A DNA stretch of 39,538 nt from Gemmatimonadales bacterium (GTDB taxonomy: Bacteria > Gemmatimonadota > Gemmatimonadetes > Gemmatimonadales > GWC2-71-9). Where the stretch lies: positions 1-39,538 of the forward strand of contig DATAFP010000192.1 in assembly GCA_036257415.1 (NCBI GenBank), in the 5' to 3' direction. Shown here in pieces: positions 7,945-17,225 of this stretch (the stretch's first letter is position 1; each line of letters opens with the position of its first letter). Both the position numbers and the translations under genes were made by a program. The notes below the pieces were generated by a model. It saw nothing but the letters and a program-made list of their open reading frames with translations, did no database searches and was not told where the DNA came from.

Positions 7945-10019
7945 GTGGTGACGGCGAAGTGTCGCGCGATGCGCTGCAGCCGCGACGCGACGCCCTCCAG
8001 CTCAGCAATAGCGTGCTCCAGCTCCACCTGCCCCGACGCGGCTTCGGCCGCCTGCGCCGCCAGCGCGTCGGTCTGGGAGCGGGTGTGGGCCGATACCGCG
8101 GCAACGCGCTCGATCCGCTGGGTGAGGTCCTCGAAAGCCGCCTGCTGGGCCGCCGCGGCGGTCGCGATCGTGGCGGCCCGCCGGCCGGCATCGCCGGTGG
8201 CCTCGACAATGGCCGCGAGTGCCTCCCCCGCTGCCGCGCTCAGCTCCTCGACGTTGGCCACTGCTTCCCGGCCTCGGTGCATCTGTTTCGTCACCGTCGC
8301 GACTTGCGACCCGACCTCGGCAAGGAGTGCGGCGCTCTCGCGCGTTGCCTCGAGGCTCTGCACCGCGAGCGTTCGAACCTCGTCCGCGACGACCGCGAAC
8401 CCGCGGCCGTCCCTGCCCGCTCGCGCGGCCTCGATAGCAGCGTTCAACGCGATCAGGTTGGTGAGGTCGGCAATCTCACGGATGGCGGCAATGATAGCGC
8501 CGACCCGCCGAGTCACGTCGCCCAGCGCTGCTACCTGGGCCGAGCTGTCTGACACAAACTGTTTGAGCTCGACCAGCCGCCCGACGGCTCCGGCAATCAC
8601 TTTTCGGTTTCGCTCGGCCACCTCGGATGCGTGGAGGCTGGCCTCCGCGGATCGGCGGCCGTCCGCGGCCATGTCGCGGGATACCCGGGCCAGGGCGGTC
8701 GTCGCATCCAGTCCGCTGGCGGCGGACGAGCTCTGCTCGGCCATGCCGTCTCGCATTTGTTGAGAGGCAGAGGCAAGAGCGGCCGCCGTACTGCGCAGTG
8801 CGTCGGTCACCCGTGCGAGCCCCGCCACCTGGGCGCTGATCTGGTCCACCGTCCCAACCAGCGGCCGCCGCAGCTCGGCGATGTGAATCGCAGTCGCGAC
8901 GTGGCTGGCGATCGTCGCCAGTGTCGTGAGGTCCCGGGAGCCGTAGGAGTTTCGCTTGTGATGCTCCAGCTCGATGGTCCCGAGGGTCTCATCGCCGAAT
9001 CTGATCGGGTAGATCACGATGCAGCGCACATCCGGGATCGGATCGAGCGCGGCCTCGCGGGAGGTGTCCCGGATCACGACAGGCACGCCGTCCGCGATGG
9101 ACCGGCGTCGAAACCCGTCCAGCTGCGCCGCCGGCTGGCCCCGGCCCGGACGTCCGATCCCCGCGCGATAGGCCAGCACCGTGCCATCCTCGGTAGTGCG
9201 GTGGACGCGGAAGTCCCCCCAATCGAGCAGCCGGTGCGACAGCCGCTCGATGTGCACGAAGGACTCCGACAGCTGGGCGTTGCCCAACAGCGTGCTCTCC
9301 AGCTGGTGGACCTTGTTCAGGTCCTCGGCGGCGATCGCCTCTTCCAGAATCCGCCGGGTGAGCAGACCCAATGCGAGCAGCACGAAGGCCACGGCGAGCC
9401 ACCCGAATGGATCGAGCAGCAACACCGTGCCCACTGCGATGGCCGTCGCGCCGAGCGTGAGCAGGTAGGCGATGATCTCCCACCGCAGTACGAACAACTG
9501 CTCGACGTGCTCCAGCTTTCCCCGGAACAGAAGAGTGAAATAGAACAGCCCTCGGCTGGTGACGAAGTACGCGCCGGTGAGGGCGAATGCCGCGGGCAGC
9601 AGGTCCACCGACGGCCGGGTTACTCCGGTCGCGCGGATCACCGCGACGTAGAAGCCGTACGCCGCCACGAACGCGATCACCTCGCGGCCGGCGTTGATCC
9701 AGGCCGCCCGCCACACCTTCCGAAGGAAGACGCCGTCGGCCAGCAGGGTGCCGACGAAGAGCGCCACGGCCACCGGCGAGCAGCCGAGAACCAGCGCACC
9801 GCCTAGCGCGACGATGCCGCTCTGCGTGAGATAGGAGTACTTGCTGAGCCGGACCGGCCCCAGGCGGAGCAACACGGTGAGCGCCACCAGCACCGCGGTC
9901 GCGGTGGGATAGTCGAGCCATCGGCGGTCTACCGCGGCAACCAGCAGCGTGACGAGCGTGCCGCCGACGCTGAGCGCTCTCGCGTACGTTCCGAGCACCC
10001 GGCCGACGGCGATCGTCAT
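7941..10019 (-). CDS. Chemoreceptor-like protein: multi-pass membrane N-terminus + GAF domain + methyl-accepting chemotaxis (MCP) signalling domain
   Basis: The first ~230 aa hold about 7-8 hydrophobic helices. A GAF-like segment follows ([21 protein letters not shown]...[17 protein letters not shown]). The C-terminus carries the near-invariant MCP hairpin tip, [39 protein letters not shown] recognised no HAMP segment. ATGA overlap with the trpA stop (10016..10019). Confidence 0.8.
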   Translation of the reverse strand: MTIAVGRVLGTYARALSVGGTLVTLLVAAVDRRWLDYPTATAVLVALTVLLRLGPVRLSKYSYLTQSGIVALGGALVLGCSPVAVALFVGTLLADGVFLRKVWRAAWINAGREVIAFVAAYGFYVAVIRATGVTRPSVDLLPAAFALTGAYFVTSRGLFYFTLLFRGKLEHVEQLFVLRWEIIAYLLTLGATAIAVGTVLLLDPFGWLAVAFVLLALGLLTRRILEEAIAAEDLNKVHQLESTLLGNAQLSESFVHIERLSHRLLDWGDFRVHRTTEDGTVLAYRAGIGRPGRGQPAAQLDGFRRRSIADGVPVVIRDTSREAALDPIPDVRCIVIYPIRFGDETLGTIELEHHKRNSYGSRDLTTLATIASHVATAIHIAELRRPLVGTVDQISAQVAGLARVTDALRSTAAALASASQQMRDGMAEQSSSAASGLDATTALARVSRDMAADGRRSAEASLHASEVAERNRKVIAGAVGRLVELKQFVSDSSAQVAALGDVTRRVGAIIAAIREIADLTNLIALNAAIEAARAGRDGRGFAVVADEVRTLAVQSLEATRESAALLAEVGSQVATVTKQMHRGREAVANVEELSAAAGEALAAIVEATGDAGRRAATIATAAAAQQAAFEDLTQRIERVAAVSAHTRSQTDALAAQAAEAASGQVELEHAIAELEGVASRLQRIARHFAVTT

Positions 10020-10834
10020 CGAACGACCTCCACCTCATCGACGGCTTCGCGGAGGCCGCGAAGGAACGACGCCGCGCGCCGCACGCCTCCCTCGCCAAGC
10101 GCGTCCACCAGTGCGCTCCCGACGACGACGCCGTCCGCGAGTCGCGCCACCGAGCGGGCCTGGTCCGGCGTGGAGATGCCGAATCCCACCGCGATCGGCA
10201 ACGGCGTTGCGCCCCGCACCCGTGCAACCGAGCCCGGAAGATCGGGGGCCAGCGCGGTACTCGCTCCGGTCACGCCGAGCCGGGCCACCAGGTAGATGAA
10301 CCCGCCGGCTCCCTGCACGGCTTCGGTCAGGCGCTCCGGACGGGTCGTCGGAGCGATCAGCCGGATGAGATCGAGCGGGCTTTGTGCCACCGTGGATTCC
10401 ACGGCCGCATCGCTCCCCGCCGGGAGATCGGTCAGCAAGAGGCCGGCGACGCCGACCTCCGACGCGTCGCGGAGAAATCGGTCGACGCCGTACCGGAGGA
10501 TCGGATTGAGATAGCTGAACACCACGATCGGCCGGCGTAGGTCGGCGGTCGCGATCAGCTCGAGGGTGCGAGGCAGCGTCATCCCGTGCTGCAAGGCCTC
10601 GAACGTCGAACGCTGGATGGTGGGCCCGTCCGCCAGCGGGTCGCTGAACGGCACTCCCACCTCGATGATGTCCGACACCTCCGCCGCGGCCCGGAGCGCC
10701 GCGACGCTCGTCTCGGGCGTGGGATAACCGGCGGTCAGGTATGGGATCAGCGCCGTGCGACCGTCCGCGCGCAGCGCCGCCCAGGCGCGGGCGAGGGCGG
10801 AATCAGACAAAGTAGTCGCTGACGGTGAGCCCAT
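10016..10834 (-). CDS. trpA: Tryptophan synthase alpha chain
   Basis: [28 protein letters not shown] and [13 protein letters not shown] motifs. Start is ATG 10834 (or TTG 10810). Either one overlaps the end of the upstream HD-GYP gene. Confidence 0.9.
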   Translation of the reverse strand: MGSPSATTLSDSALARAWAALRADGRTALIPYLTAGYPTPETSVAALRAAAEVSDIIEVGVPFSDPLADGPTIQRSTFEALQHGMTLPRTLELIATADLRRPIVVFSYLNPILRYGVDRFLRDASEVGVAGLLLTDLPAGSDAAVESTVAQSPLDLIRLIAPTTRPERLTEAVQGAGGFIYLVARLGVTGASTALAPDLPGSVARVRGATPLPIAVGFGISTPDQARSVARLADGVVVGSALVDALGEGGVRRAASFLRGLREAVDEVEVVR

Positions 10835-12236
10835 AACGGGTCGGGCTGGTGACTTTGACGATCGACCTCGCATAGCCGCTGTCCGCCTGGTCGGCCAGGT
10901 TCACCAGCGTCCCTGGAGGGGCGACCATGCCGCCGTCCGCATCCATCACGACACGGACGAGCGGGCGATTGAGGTGCTGTCCATCGGGATTCGGTCCGGC
11001 GACGATCGCCACCTCGAACGTATCCAGGATGACACAGGTCCCGACCGGATAGACGCCCATCAGATTGATGAGCGCTTTCACCAGGATGCGATCGTATCCC
11101 CGCTTGGGGTTATCCCACATCTCCCGTAGCACCTGGTCAGGCTCGATTGGAACAGTCTGATAGCTCCGGCGCGTGGTAGCCGCATCGAACCCGTCGGCCA
11201 CGGCGACGATGCGCGAAAAGATGCCCAGGTCCCGCGGGCGTACCGATCGCGGGTAGCCCGTCAGGTCCGTCTTCATGTGGTGCTCGTACGCAACGAGGAT
11301 GGAGCGGTAGGGGATCTCGTCGTAGCCCCGCAACCCGAACAGCGTGAGCGCGCCCAGCCAGGGGTGCGCCTGCACCACGCGCCATTCGTTCTCGTCGAGG
11401 CCGCTGGTCTTGTTGAGGATGTCGATCGGAATGCGCGCCTTGCCGACATCATGCAGCAGAGCTGTCATGCCGAGGTCGTAGAGCTGCAGCTTGCTGAACC
11501 CGAGCTTCTTGCCGAGCGCCACCGCGAAGATGCACACGTTCACCGAGTGGGTGAAGGTGTACTCGTCGTAATCCCGAAGCGTGGTGAGGCCCATCAGCGA
11601 GGTCTCGTTGTTCAACACCTGGTCGACGATCATCTGTACCGCGCGCTTCACTCGCTTGACGCTGGTGGTCCGGCCCAGCCGGATGCCGGTGATCACCTCC
11701 TTGGTGACCGCCACACCCTGGGAGTAGGTGCGCTTGGCCACCTCGCGCGCCTCCTCCGACTCGAGGCCCTCCTGGTGCGGGAGCGCCCGCTCCACCTCGA
11801 GGGTCTTGACCCCCGCTTCAGTCAGCCGGTGCTGCAACTCGACCAACGGATCCTCCACCCCGCGCCCCGCGAGGCTGAGCAGCAGGCTCAGGAAGATTTG
11901 CCAGTCGCGCCGCTCCGCGCCGCGGTGCGCCCGCACAGCGCCGATCTCGAAGGACCGGAAGACCGCGAGGATGTGGCTGAACGAGGCGTAGTTGTCGAGC
12001 TCGAGCCGGAGGCGGGTCGAGTTGACGAAGATGAAATCGCCGGCGAGCCGCACCTCCAAATCGCCCTCCGACGTGAGCAGGTCAGTGACCGTCACGTGCA
12101 GGTCGTCGAGCGCGTGCTGCACGGTGGCGTTCTCGACCGGATAGAGCTTGAGGCTTCGAAGCGCCGCGTAAAGTTGCAGCAGCAATCCGCGCCCGGCCTG
12201 GCGCAGGCGGGCGTCGACGTCCTGACTTTCGGTCAC
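10803..12236 (-). CDS. HD-GYP domain protein (putative c-di-GMP phosphodiesterase) with an uncharacterised N-terminal domain
   Basis: HSVNVCIFAVALG...ALLHDVGKARIP...VAYEHHMKTDLTGYPRS...AVADGFDAATTRRSYQ is the HD-GYP signature. The start is assigned to a GTG forming a GTGA overlap with the upstream stop (12233..12236). The 650-aa track ORF extends upstream through an Arg/Gly/Pro-rich stretch overlapping the HEAT gene, which I treat as an artefact. Confidence 0.8.
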   Translation of the reverse strand: MTESQDVDARLRQAGRGLLLQLYAALRSLKLYPVENATVQHALDDLHVTVTDLLTSEGDLEVRLAGDFIFVNSTRLRLELDNYASFSHILAVFRSFEIGAVRAHRGAERRDWQIFLSLLLSLAGRGVEDPLVELQHRLTEAGVKTLEVERALPHQEGLESEEAREVAKRTYSQGVAVTKEVITGIRLGRTTSVKRVKRAVQMIVDQVLNNETSLMGLTTLRDYDEYTFTHSVNVCIFAVALGKKLGFSKLQLYDLGMTALLHDVGKARIPIDILNKTSGLDENEWRVVQAHPWLGALTLFGLRGYDEIPYRSILVAYEHHMKTDLTGYPRSVRPRDLGIFSRIVAVADGFDAATTRRSYQTVPIEPDQVLREMWDNPKRGYDRILVKALINLMGVYPVGTCVILDTFEVAIVAGPNPDGQHLNRPLVRVVMDADGGMVAPPGTLVNLADQADSGYARSIVKVTSPTRYGLTVSDYFV

Positions 12237-13915
12237 GCAGCGGACTCCCGAAGGGCGCGGTTCACGGCATTCCGGACCACGAGGTCCTTGTCGTCGGCGG
12301 CGTTGGACAGAACTTCCCGTGCTTCCGCCGTGCGGATCTTGCCGAGCGCGATGGCCGCGCACGCGCGCAGGTCCGAGGGCTGGATGAGTTTCAGCAGGCC
12401 GCGGGGCAGCAGCATGCCAGACAGCGTCTTGAGCGCCGACGGACCGGCGATCGCGCCGTAGGCTTCGAAGAACGCCATCTTCTCGGTGAGGTCCATTTCC
12501 TTCACGCCCTTCCCCAACACAACTGCTTCGACCCGCTTGAGCGCGCCCTTGTAGCCGCGCGCTCCGGCGGCCCGTACCGCCGCCAGGCGGACACCGCGGT
12601 CGGCATCGTCCACCGCGCGCTCCAGCTGGCCCATCGCGCCAGGCGTGCCGACCTTTTCGAGCGCCTGCACAGCCGCCAGCCGAACGTTGGCATCGGCGTG
12701 GCCGAGCAGCTCGCCCAAGCCGGGCACCGCCGGTTGGAGGGCGAGGCGGCCGCACAGCGCCACCACGGTTGGAAGCGCGTCGCTCGGCGGCTCCCGCAAG
12801 AGTCGCAGCACCTCGGTCCCGTGGGCGGCTGCAAGCCGATCGACGTTGGCCTCGACGAGTTTGCGCACCGCGGGGGCGGCCACCCGCGGGAGGGCTTCAA
12901 TCAAGGCGCCCAGCGCGCTCGACCGGAGCTCGCTGAACAGCGCGGTGACCTCGCTTTCGCCCGCGAGCTGTGGCGCCTCGTCGAGCGCCTGCACCAGCTG
13001 TCCCACGATGGCCGGCTGGCTGAGCTGGGTTTCCAACGACTCGAGGCGCCGGCGGATATCGGGCGGAAGCTCGGCGGTTCGCGAAAGCACCAGCCGGGCA
13101 TCCCGGATCACCGTCGCCACGGTACGGAACTCGCCCTTGCTCAGCAGGTTCGGGAACAGCGTCTCAAGAATGGTCAGGATCTCGCCTCGCACCGTGCCGT
13201 CGGACTGCAGCTCCAGCAAGTCGAAGACGGCAGTCAGCGCGGACAAGCGGGCATCACGCGCGTACTCCGCCTGCACTTCACTCGCCAGCCGGTTGATCTC
13301 CTCCTCGTCCAGGAAGTAGAGCGTGGCGTCGAAGTCCTCGAGATCCACGATGCCCTTAGGCCGCGCCGGCGCCTCCTCACGCAGCTGCTCCCGGCGGGCC
13401 TCGGCGGCGGCGGCGTCGCCGCCGCCCGGCGCCCGCGAACCCTCGATAGCATCGCCTTCGGTGAGGAAGTCGATGAAGTGATACTGGATGGCGACGAACT
13501 CCTGTTCCCACAGCAGGGTCATCAGGTCGTCGCCGGCCTCCGAAGGGAGAAACCGCACACGGTTCACGGTCTCGAGGAACCGCGTCAGCTCGTCTTCCTC
13601 GGCGCCCTTCTGGATCGTGAGCACCCGCATGCCATCCTTGAACAGCGTCCAGGCCAGCGATTCGCTCTTGTTGATCTGCTGGTAGACGATCTCCTGCTCC
13701 CAGAGGATCTCGGTCTCGGCGATCGTCAGCACAAGCTCATCGACCGCGGCCCAGATAGGGCCGAACGCGCCTCGGGCGTTCTGAATGGCGCGCTGGTAGA
13801 TGGGATTGTTGGGGAGATACATCTGGAAGGCGCGGAGCGCCTTGACCATCGTCTGCAGCAGCTCCGCGACCTGGCTGGGGACGAGGAACGCCGGCGACGG
13901 CGCGCCTGCCGTCAC
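12233..13915 (-). CDS. HEAT-repeat protein (PBS-lyase/HEAT_2-like C-terminal repeats) with an uncharacterised N-terminal domain
   Basis: C-terminal repeats [16 protein letters not shown] / [18 protein letters not shown] / [14 protein letters not shown] / [14 protein letters not shown]. The N-terminal ~110 aa resemble the N-terminus of the next gene. The GTG start forms a GTGA overlap with the trpB stop (13912..13915). Confidence 0.7.
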   Translation of the reverse strand: MTAGAPSPAFLVPSQVAELLQTMVKALRAFQMYLPNNPIYQRAIQNARGAFGPIWAAVDELVLTIAETEILWEQEIVYQQINKSESLAWTLFKDGMRVLTIQKGAEEDELTRFLETVNRVRFLPSEAGDDLMTLLWEQEFVAIQYHFIDFLTEGDAIEGSRAPGGGDAAAAEARREQLREEAPARPKGIVDLEDFDATLYFLDEEEINRLASEVQAEYARDARLSALTAVFDLLELQSDGTVRGEILTILETLFPNLLSKGEFRTVATVIRDARLVLSRTAELPPDIRRRLESLETQLSQPAIVGQLVQALDEAPQLAGESEVTALFSELRSSALGALIEALPRVAAPAVRKLVEANVDRLAAAHGTEVLRLLREPPSDALPTVVALCGRLALQPAVPGLGELLGHADANVRLAAVQALEKVGTPGAMGQLERAVDDADRGVRLAAVRAAGARGYKGALKRVEAVVLGKGVKEMDLTEKMAFFEAYGAIAGPSALKTLSGMLLPRGLLKLIQPSDLRACAAIALGKIRTAEAREVLSNAADDKDLVVRNAVNRALRESAA

Positions 13916-15129
13916 GGCGCGCGCCCCAGCAACGCGGCGACGTGCGCCACGTCCTTGTCACCGCGGCCGCTCAGGCAGATCAGCACCGGCGTGTCGGCGT
14001 GCCACCGCCCGCGATTCGCCCGCACCCACGCGAACGCGTGCGCGGTCTCGAGCGCGGGGATGATGCCTTCGGTCCGGCACACGACCTGAAAAGCCTCGAG
14101 CGCATCGGCGTCGCTCACCGAGTCGTAGCGCACTCGTCCGGTGTCGCGGAGCCAGCTATGCTCCGGGCCCACGCCGGGGTAGTCGAGACCGGCCGAAACG
14201 GAATGCGCCGGTGACACCTGGCCGTCCGCGTCCTGCAAGAGGTAGCTGTAGCTGCCGTGCAGGACGCCGGGCCGACCGGCGCCAAGCGTGGCGCTGTGGT
14301 GCCCCGTCGCGATCCCCTCCCCCGCCGCCTCCACTCCGACCAGCTCGACCTCGTTGTCGTCGAGAAAGGCGCTGAAGGTACCGATCGCGTTCGACCCGCC
14401 GCCGACGCAGGCGACAACCGCCCCCGGCAGCCGGTTGCAGCGCTCCAGGACCTGGACCCGTGCTTCGCGACCGATCACCGATTGAAAATCACGCACCATC
14501 CGCGGATAAGGATCGGGGCCGACGACCGAGCCGATGATGTAGTGGGTGGTGGGAACGTTCGTGACCCAGTCGCGGAGCGCTTCGTTGGTGGCGTCCTTGA
14601 GCGTCCGGGTCCCCGAGGAGACCGGCACGACCGTCGCGCCCAGCAATTCCATGCGGTAGACGTTCAGCCGCTGCCGAACCACGTCCTCGGCGCCCATGTA
14701 CACCACGCACTCGAGGCCAAAGCGGGCACAGACAGTCGCGGTTGCCACGCCGTGCTGTCCCGCGCCGGTCTCTGCGATAATGCGACGTTTGCCCATCCGG
14801 AGCGCGAGCAGCACCTGCCCCACGGTGTTATTGATCTTGTGCGCACCGGTGTGGTTGAGATCCTCGCGCTTGAGCAGGACTCGAGCGCCGACCTCGCCGC
14901 CGAAACGCGGTGCGTCGGTGAGCGGCGTCGGACGCCCGACGTACTCGCGGAGCATCCGGTCGAGCTCAGCCCAGAACGATGGATCGACGCGAGCGCGGTC
15001 GTAGAGCGCCGAGAGCTCGTCCAGCGCCGCGACGAGCGTCTCGGGCACGTAGCGACCCCCGTAGGGACCGAACCGTCCGTGTATCGCCCGCTCAGGCGAC
15101 AGCGCTGCGCCCACGTGCGGCCTCCACAA
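13912..15129 (-). CDS. trpB: Tryptophan synthase beta chain
   Basis: [31 protein letters not shown] (PLP lysine), GGGSNAIG and [11 protein letters not shown]. Confidence 0.95.
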   Translation of the reverse strand: MWRPHVGAALSPERAIHGRFGPYGGRYVPETLVAALDELSALYDRARVDPSFWAELDRMLREYVGRPTPLTDAPRFGGEVGARVLLKREDLNHTGAHKINNTVGQVLLALRMGKRRIIAETGAGQHGVATATVCARFGLECVVYMGAEDVVRQRLNVYRMELLGATVVPVSSGTRTLKDATNEALRDWVTNVPTTHYIIGSVVGPDPYPRMVRDFQSVIGREARVQVLERCNRLPGAVVACVGGGSNAIGTFSAFLDDNEVELVGVEAAGEGIATGHHSATLGAGRPGVLHGSYSYLLQDADGQVSPAHSVSAGLDYPGVGPEHSWLRDTGRVRYDSVSDADALEAFQVVCRTEGIIPALETAHAFAWVRANRGRWHADTPVLICLSGRGDKDVAHVAALLGRAP

Positions 15130-15733
15130 AACGCGCGATCTTGGTCTCGTCCTTGATGCCGGGGAGGGTTTCCACGCCGGAACTTACATCAACCACGTCC
15201 GGCGCCACGAGTCCCACCACCGACGCCACCGTGTCCGGTGCAAGCCCGCCTGCGAGCACCATCCGGCGCGTGGTCAGGCGGGCCCGCGCCGAGCCGGCGA
15301 GCGAGAGGGACAACGATTGGCCGGAGCCGCCCTCCGCGCGCGGCACCCTCGGCTCTACCAACACCGCGTCCACGTTCCAGGGCTCGTCGAGCCGCGCCAG
15401 ATCCGCCTCGCCGGCCAGTCGCACCACCCGCCACACCACGAGACCCGATTCGTGGAGTGCCGCAGCATCGCTCGCCGTGTAGGCGCCGTGCAGCTGCGCG
15501 CCCGCGAGGCCGGCCTGGAGGCACACATCCACGATCGTCGGGAGTGTCTCGCCACCGAACACGCCGAGCACCGGACAATCTCCCGAGGCGGCGACGATGG
15601 CGGCCGCGCGCGCGACGCCGACCACTCGCGGTCCGCTCGCGAACACGATGCCCAGCCAGTCGGCACCGGCCGCGCGTGCCGCTTCGGCATCGCGCGGGCG
15701 GGTAAGCCCGCAGATCTTCACTTCAACGGCCAT
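15092..15733 (-). CDS. trpF: N-(5'-phosphoribosyl)anthranilate isomerase
   Basis: [17 protein letters not shown]-terminus, LAGGL and DVSSGVE motifs. It overlaps the trpB start by 38 nt and the trpC end by 11 nt. Confidence 0.88.
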   Translation of the reverse strand: MAVEVKICGLTRPRDAEAARAAGADWLGIVFASGPRVVGVARAAAIVAASGDCPVLGVFGGETLPTIVDVCLQAGLAGAQLHGAYTASDAAALHESGLVVWRVVRLAGEADLARLDEPWNVDAVLVEPRVPRAEGGSGQSLSLSLAGSARARLTTRRMVLAGGLAPDTVASVVGLVAPDVVDVSSGVETLPGIKDETKIARFVEAARGRSAVA

Positions 15734-16511
15734 GGCGCCTCACGCTCGCGAGCGCTCGCGTGGATGCGGCGGGGTCGGCCGAGCCAGACAGCGCCGTGCC
15801 CACCAGCACGGCATCCGCCCCAGCCGACGCAGCCCGCTCGACATCCGCGACCGTTGCCATCCCGCTTTCCGCGACCACGATCCGATCCGCCGGGACCTCA
15901 CGGATCAGCCTCCACGCGCTATCCACGTCGATCCGGAATGTGTCCAGATCTCTGCTGTTCACGCCGATCACCCGCGCGTCGGCGTTGAGCGCGCCGTCGA
16001 GCTCGCGCTCGGTGTGAACCTCGACCAGCGAATCGAGGCCGGCATCCTTCGCAACCGCCTGCAGCTCGGAAAGGCGGGCTGGTGTCAGTGCTCGGACGAT
16101 GAGCAGGATCGCGGCCGCTCCGGACGCGCGGGCCTCGAACACCTGAGACTCATCCAGGATGAAGTCCTTCCGAAGCACCGGCACGCCTACCCGCGCAACC
16201 ACCTGCTCCAGGTCGCCGATCGAGCCGCCAAAAAAAGGCCGGTCTGTCAGGACCGAGATGGCGGCGGCGCCGCCGTCGGCGTAGGCGTCCGCCTGCCTCG
16301 CCGGGTCGAGGTCAGCCTGGATGAGTCCGCTCGACGGCGACCGACGCTTCACTTCCGCGATCAATGCCACCCGCCCCCCGCGAAGCGCGGTGGCGAACGA
16401 TCGCGGTACCGGCGCACCGGCCGCGGCCCGTTCCAGCTCCGCTCGCCGGGACCGAAGCCCGTCGATCGAGCGGCGGGTGGACTCGAGGATTTCCGCCAGG
16501 GACGGCCCCAT
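15723..16511 (-). CDS. trpC: Indole-3-glycerol phosphate synthase
   Basis: LIAEVKRRSPSSG, ISVLTD, LRKDFI, LVEVH, IGVNSRDL and AESG motifs. ATG 16511 (MGPSLAEILE) is preferred over the longer track start. Confidence 0.9.
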   Translation of the reverse strand: MGPSLAEILESTRRSIDGLRSRRAELERAAAGAPVPRSFATALRGGRVALIAEVKRRSPSSGLIQADLDPARQADAYADGGAAAISVLTDRPFFGGSIGDLEQVVARVGVPVLRKDFILDESQVFEARASGAAAILLIVRALTPARLSELQAVAKDAGLDSLVEVHTERELDGALNADARVIGVNSRDLDTFRIDVDSAWRLIREVPADRIVVAESGMATVADVERAASAGADAVLVGTALSGSADPAASTRALASVRRHGR

Positions 16512-16517
16512 CTTGCC

Positions 16518-16559
16518 CTTCGGCGCGTCTTCGGGTATCGTTATTCGGGCTCTATTCGG
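16518..16559. promoter_or_regulatory. Four phased TTCGG direct repeats in the trpC-lexA divergent region (candidate operator)
   Basis: CTTCGG (16518), CTTCGGG (16529), ATTCGGG (16543) and ATTCGG (16554). This gives two xTTC-N7-xTTC pairs with 11-bp periodicity, located 30-70 nt upstream of the lexA ATG and directly upstream of the trpC ATG. Confidence 0.3.
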
Positions 16560-16588
16560 TCGCACAACGCACTCGGGAGATGCGGGCA

Positions 16589-17200
16589 ATGCCGCTCACC
16601 AGACGACAGAGCGAAATCCTCAGTTACCTGCAGAACCACATCCAGGAGCAAGGATTCGCGCCCAGCTTCGAGGAGATCGCCGAACGGTTCGGTTTCCAGT
16701 CTCTCGCCACCGTGCACGAGCATCTCACCAATCTCGAGCGCAAGGGGTACATCCGCCGCTCGTACAACGAGAGCCGCGCCATCGAGGTGTTGCCGCCGCG
16801 CGGTACCGCGCTGGCCACCGAGATCCCCTTGCTCGGTAAGGTGGCGGCCGGCACGCCCATCGAGGCACCGATGCACCAGGAAACTCTGGCAGTGCCGGAG
16901 CAGATGCTGCCCCGCCGCGGGCCCAATTTCGCGTTGCGGGTGTCGGGGTCGTCCATGATCGACGATCACATCGTCGATGGCGACTACGTCGTCGTCCACG
17001 GCAAGCAGACGGCGGAGAACGGCGAGCTGGTCATCGCGCTGGTGAACGGCTCCGAGGCGACTGTCAAACGGTTCTACCGGGAGTCGGGCGGTTGGATCCG
17101 GCTTCAACCGGCGAATGCCAGCATGCAGCCGATGCGCTTCCAGGAGCGCGACGTTCTCATCCAGGGCATCGTCGTCGGCGTCATCCGGAAGTACCAGTGA
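16589..17200 (+). CDS. lexA: LexA repressor (SOS regulator, S24 peptidase)
   Basis: MPLTRRQSEILSYLQ...GFAPSFEEIA winged-helix N-terminus. Ala-Gly cleavage site (KVAAGTPIEA), catalytic Ser (SGSSMID) and Lys (VKRFY). GGGAGA lies 8 nt upstream of ATG 16589. ATG 16580 is an alternative start. Confidence 0.92.
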   Translation: MPLTRRQSEILSYLQNHIQEQGFAPSFEEIAERFGFQSLATVHEHLTNLERKGYIRRSYNESRAIEVLPPRGTALATEIPLLGKVAAGTPIEAPMHQETLAVPEQMLPRRGPNFALRVSGSSMIDDHIVDGDYVVVHGKQTAENGELVIALVNGSEATVKRFYRESGGWIRLQPANASMQPMRFQERDVLIQGIVVGVIRKYQ

Positions 17201-17222
17201 CCAGCAGCAAGAGACGCTGGTC
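17199..17222. terminator. Short hairpin between convergent lexA and trpD (candidate bidirectional terminator)
   Basis: GACCAGC-N10-GCTGGTC (7-bp stem) occupies the 25-nt gap between the two stop codons. There is no clear U-tract. Confidence 0.3.
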
Positions 17223-17225
17223 TCG

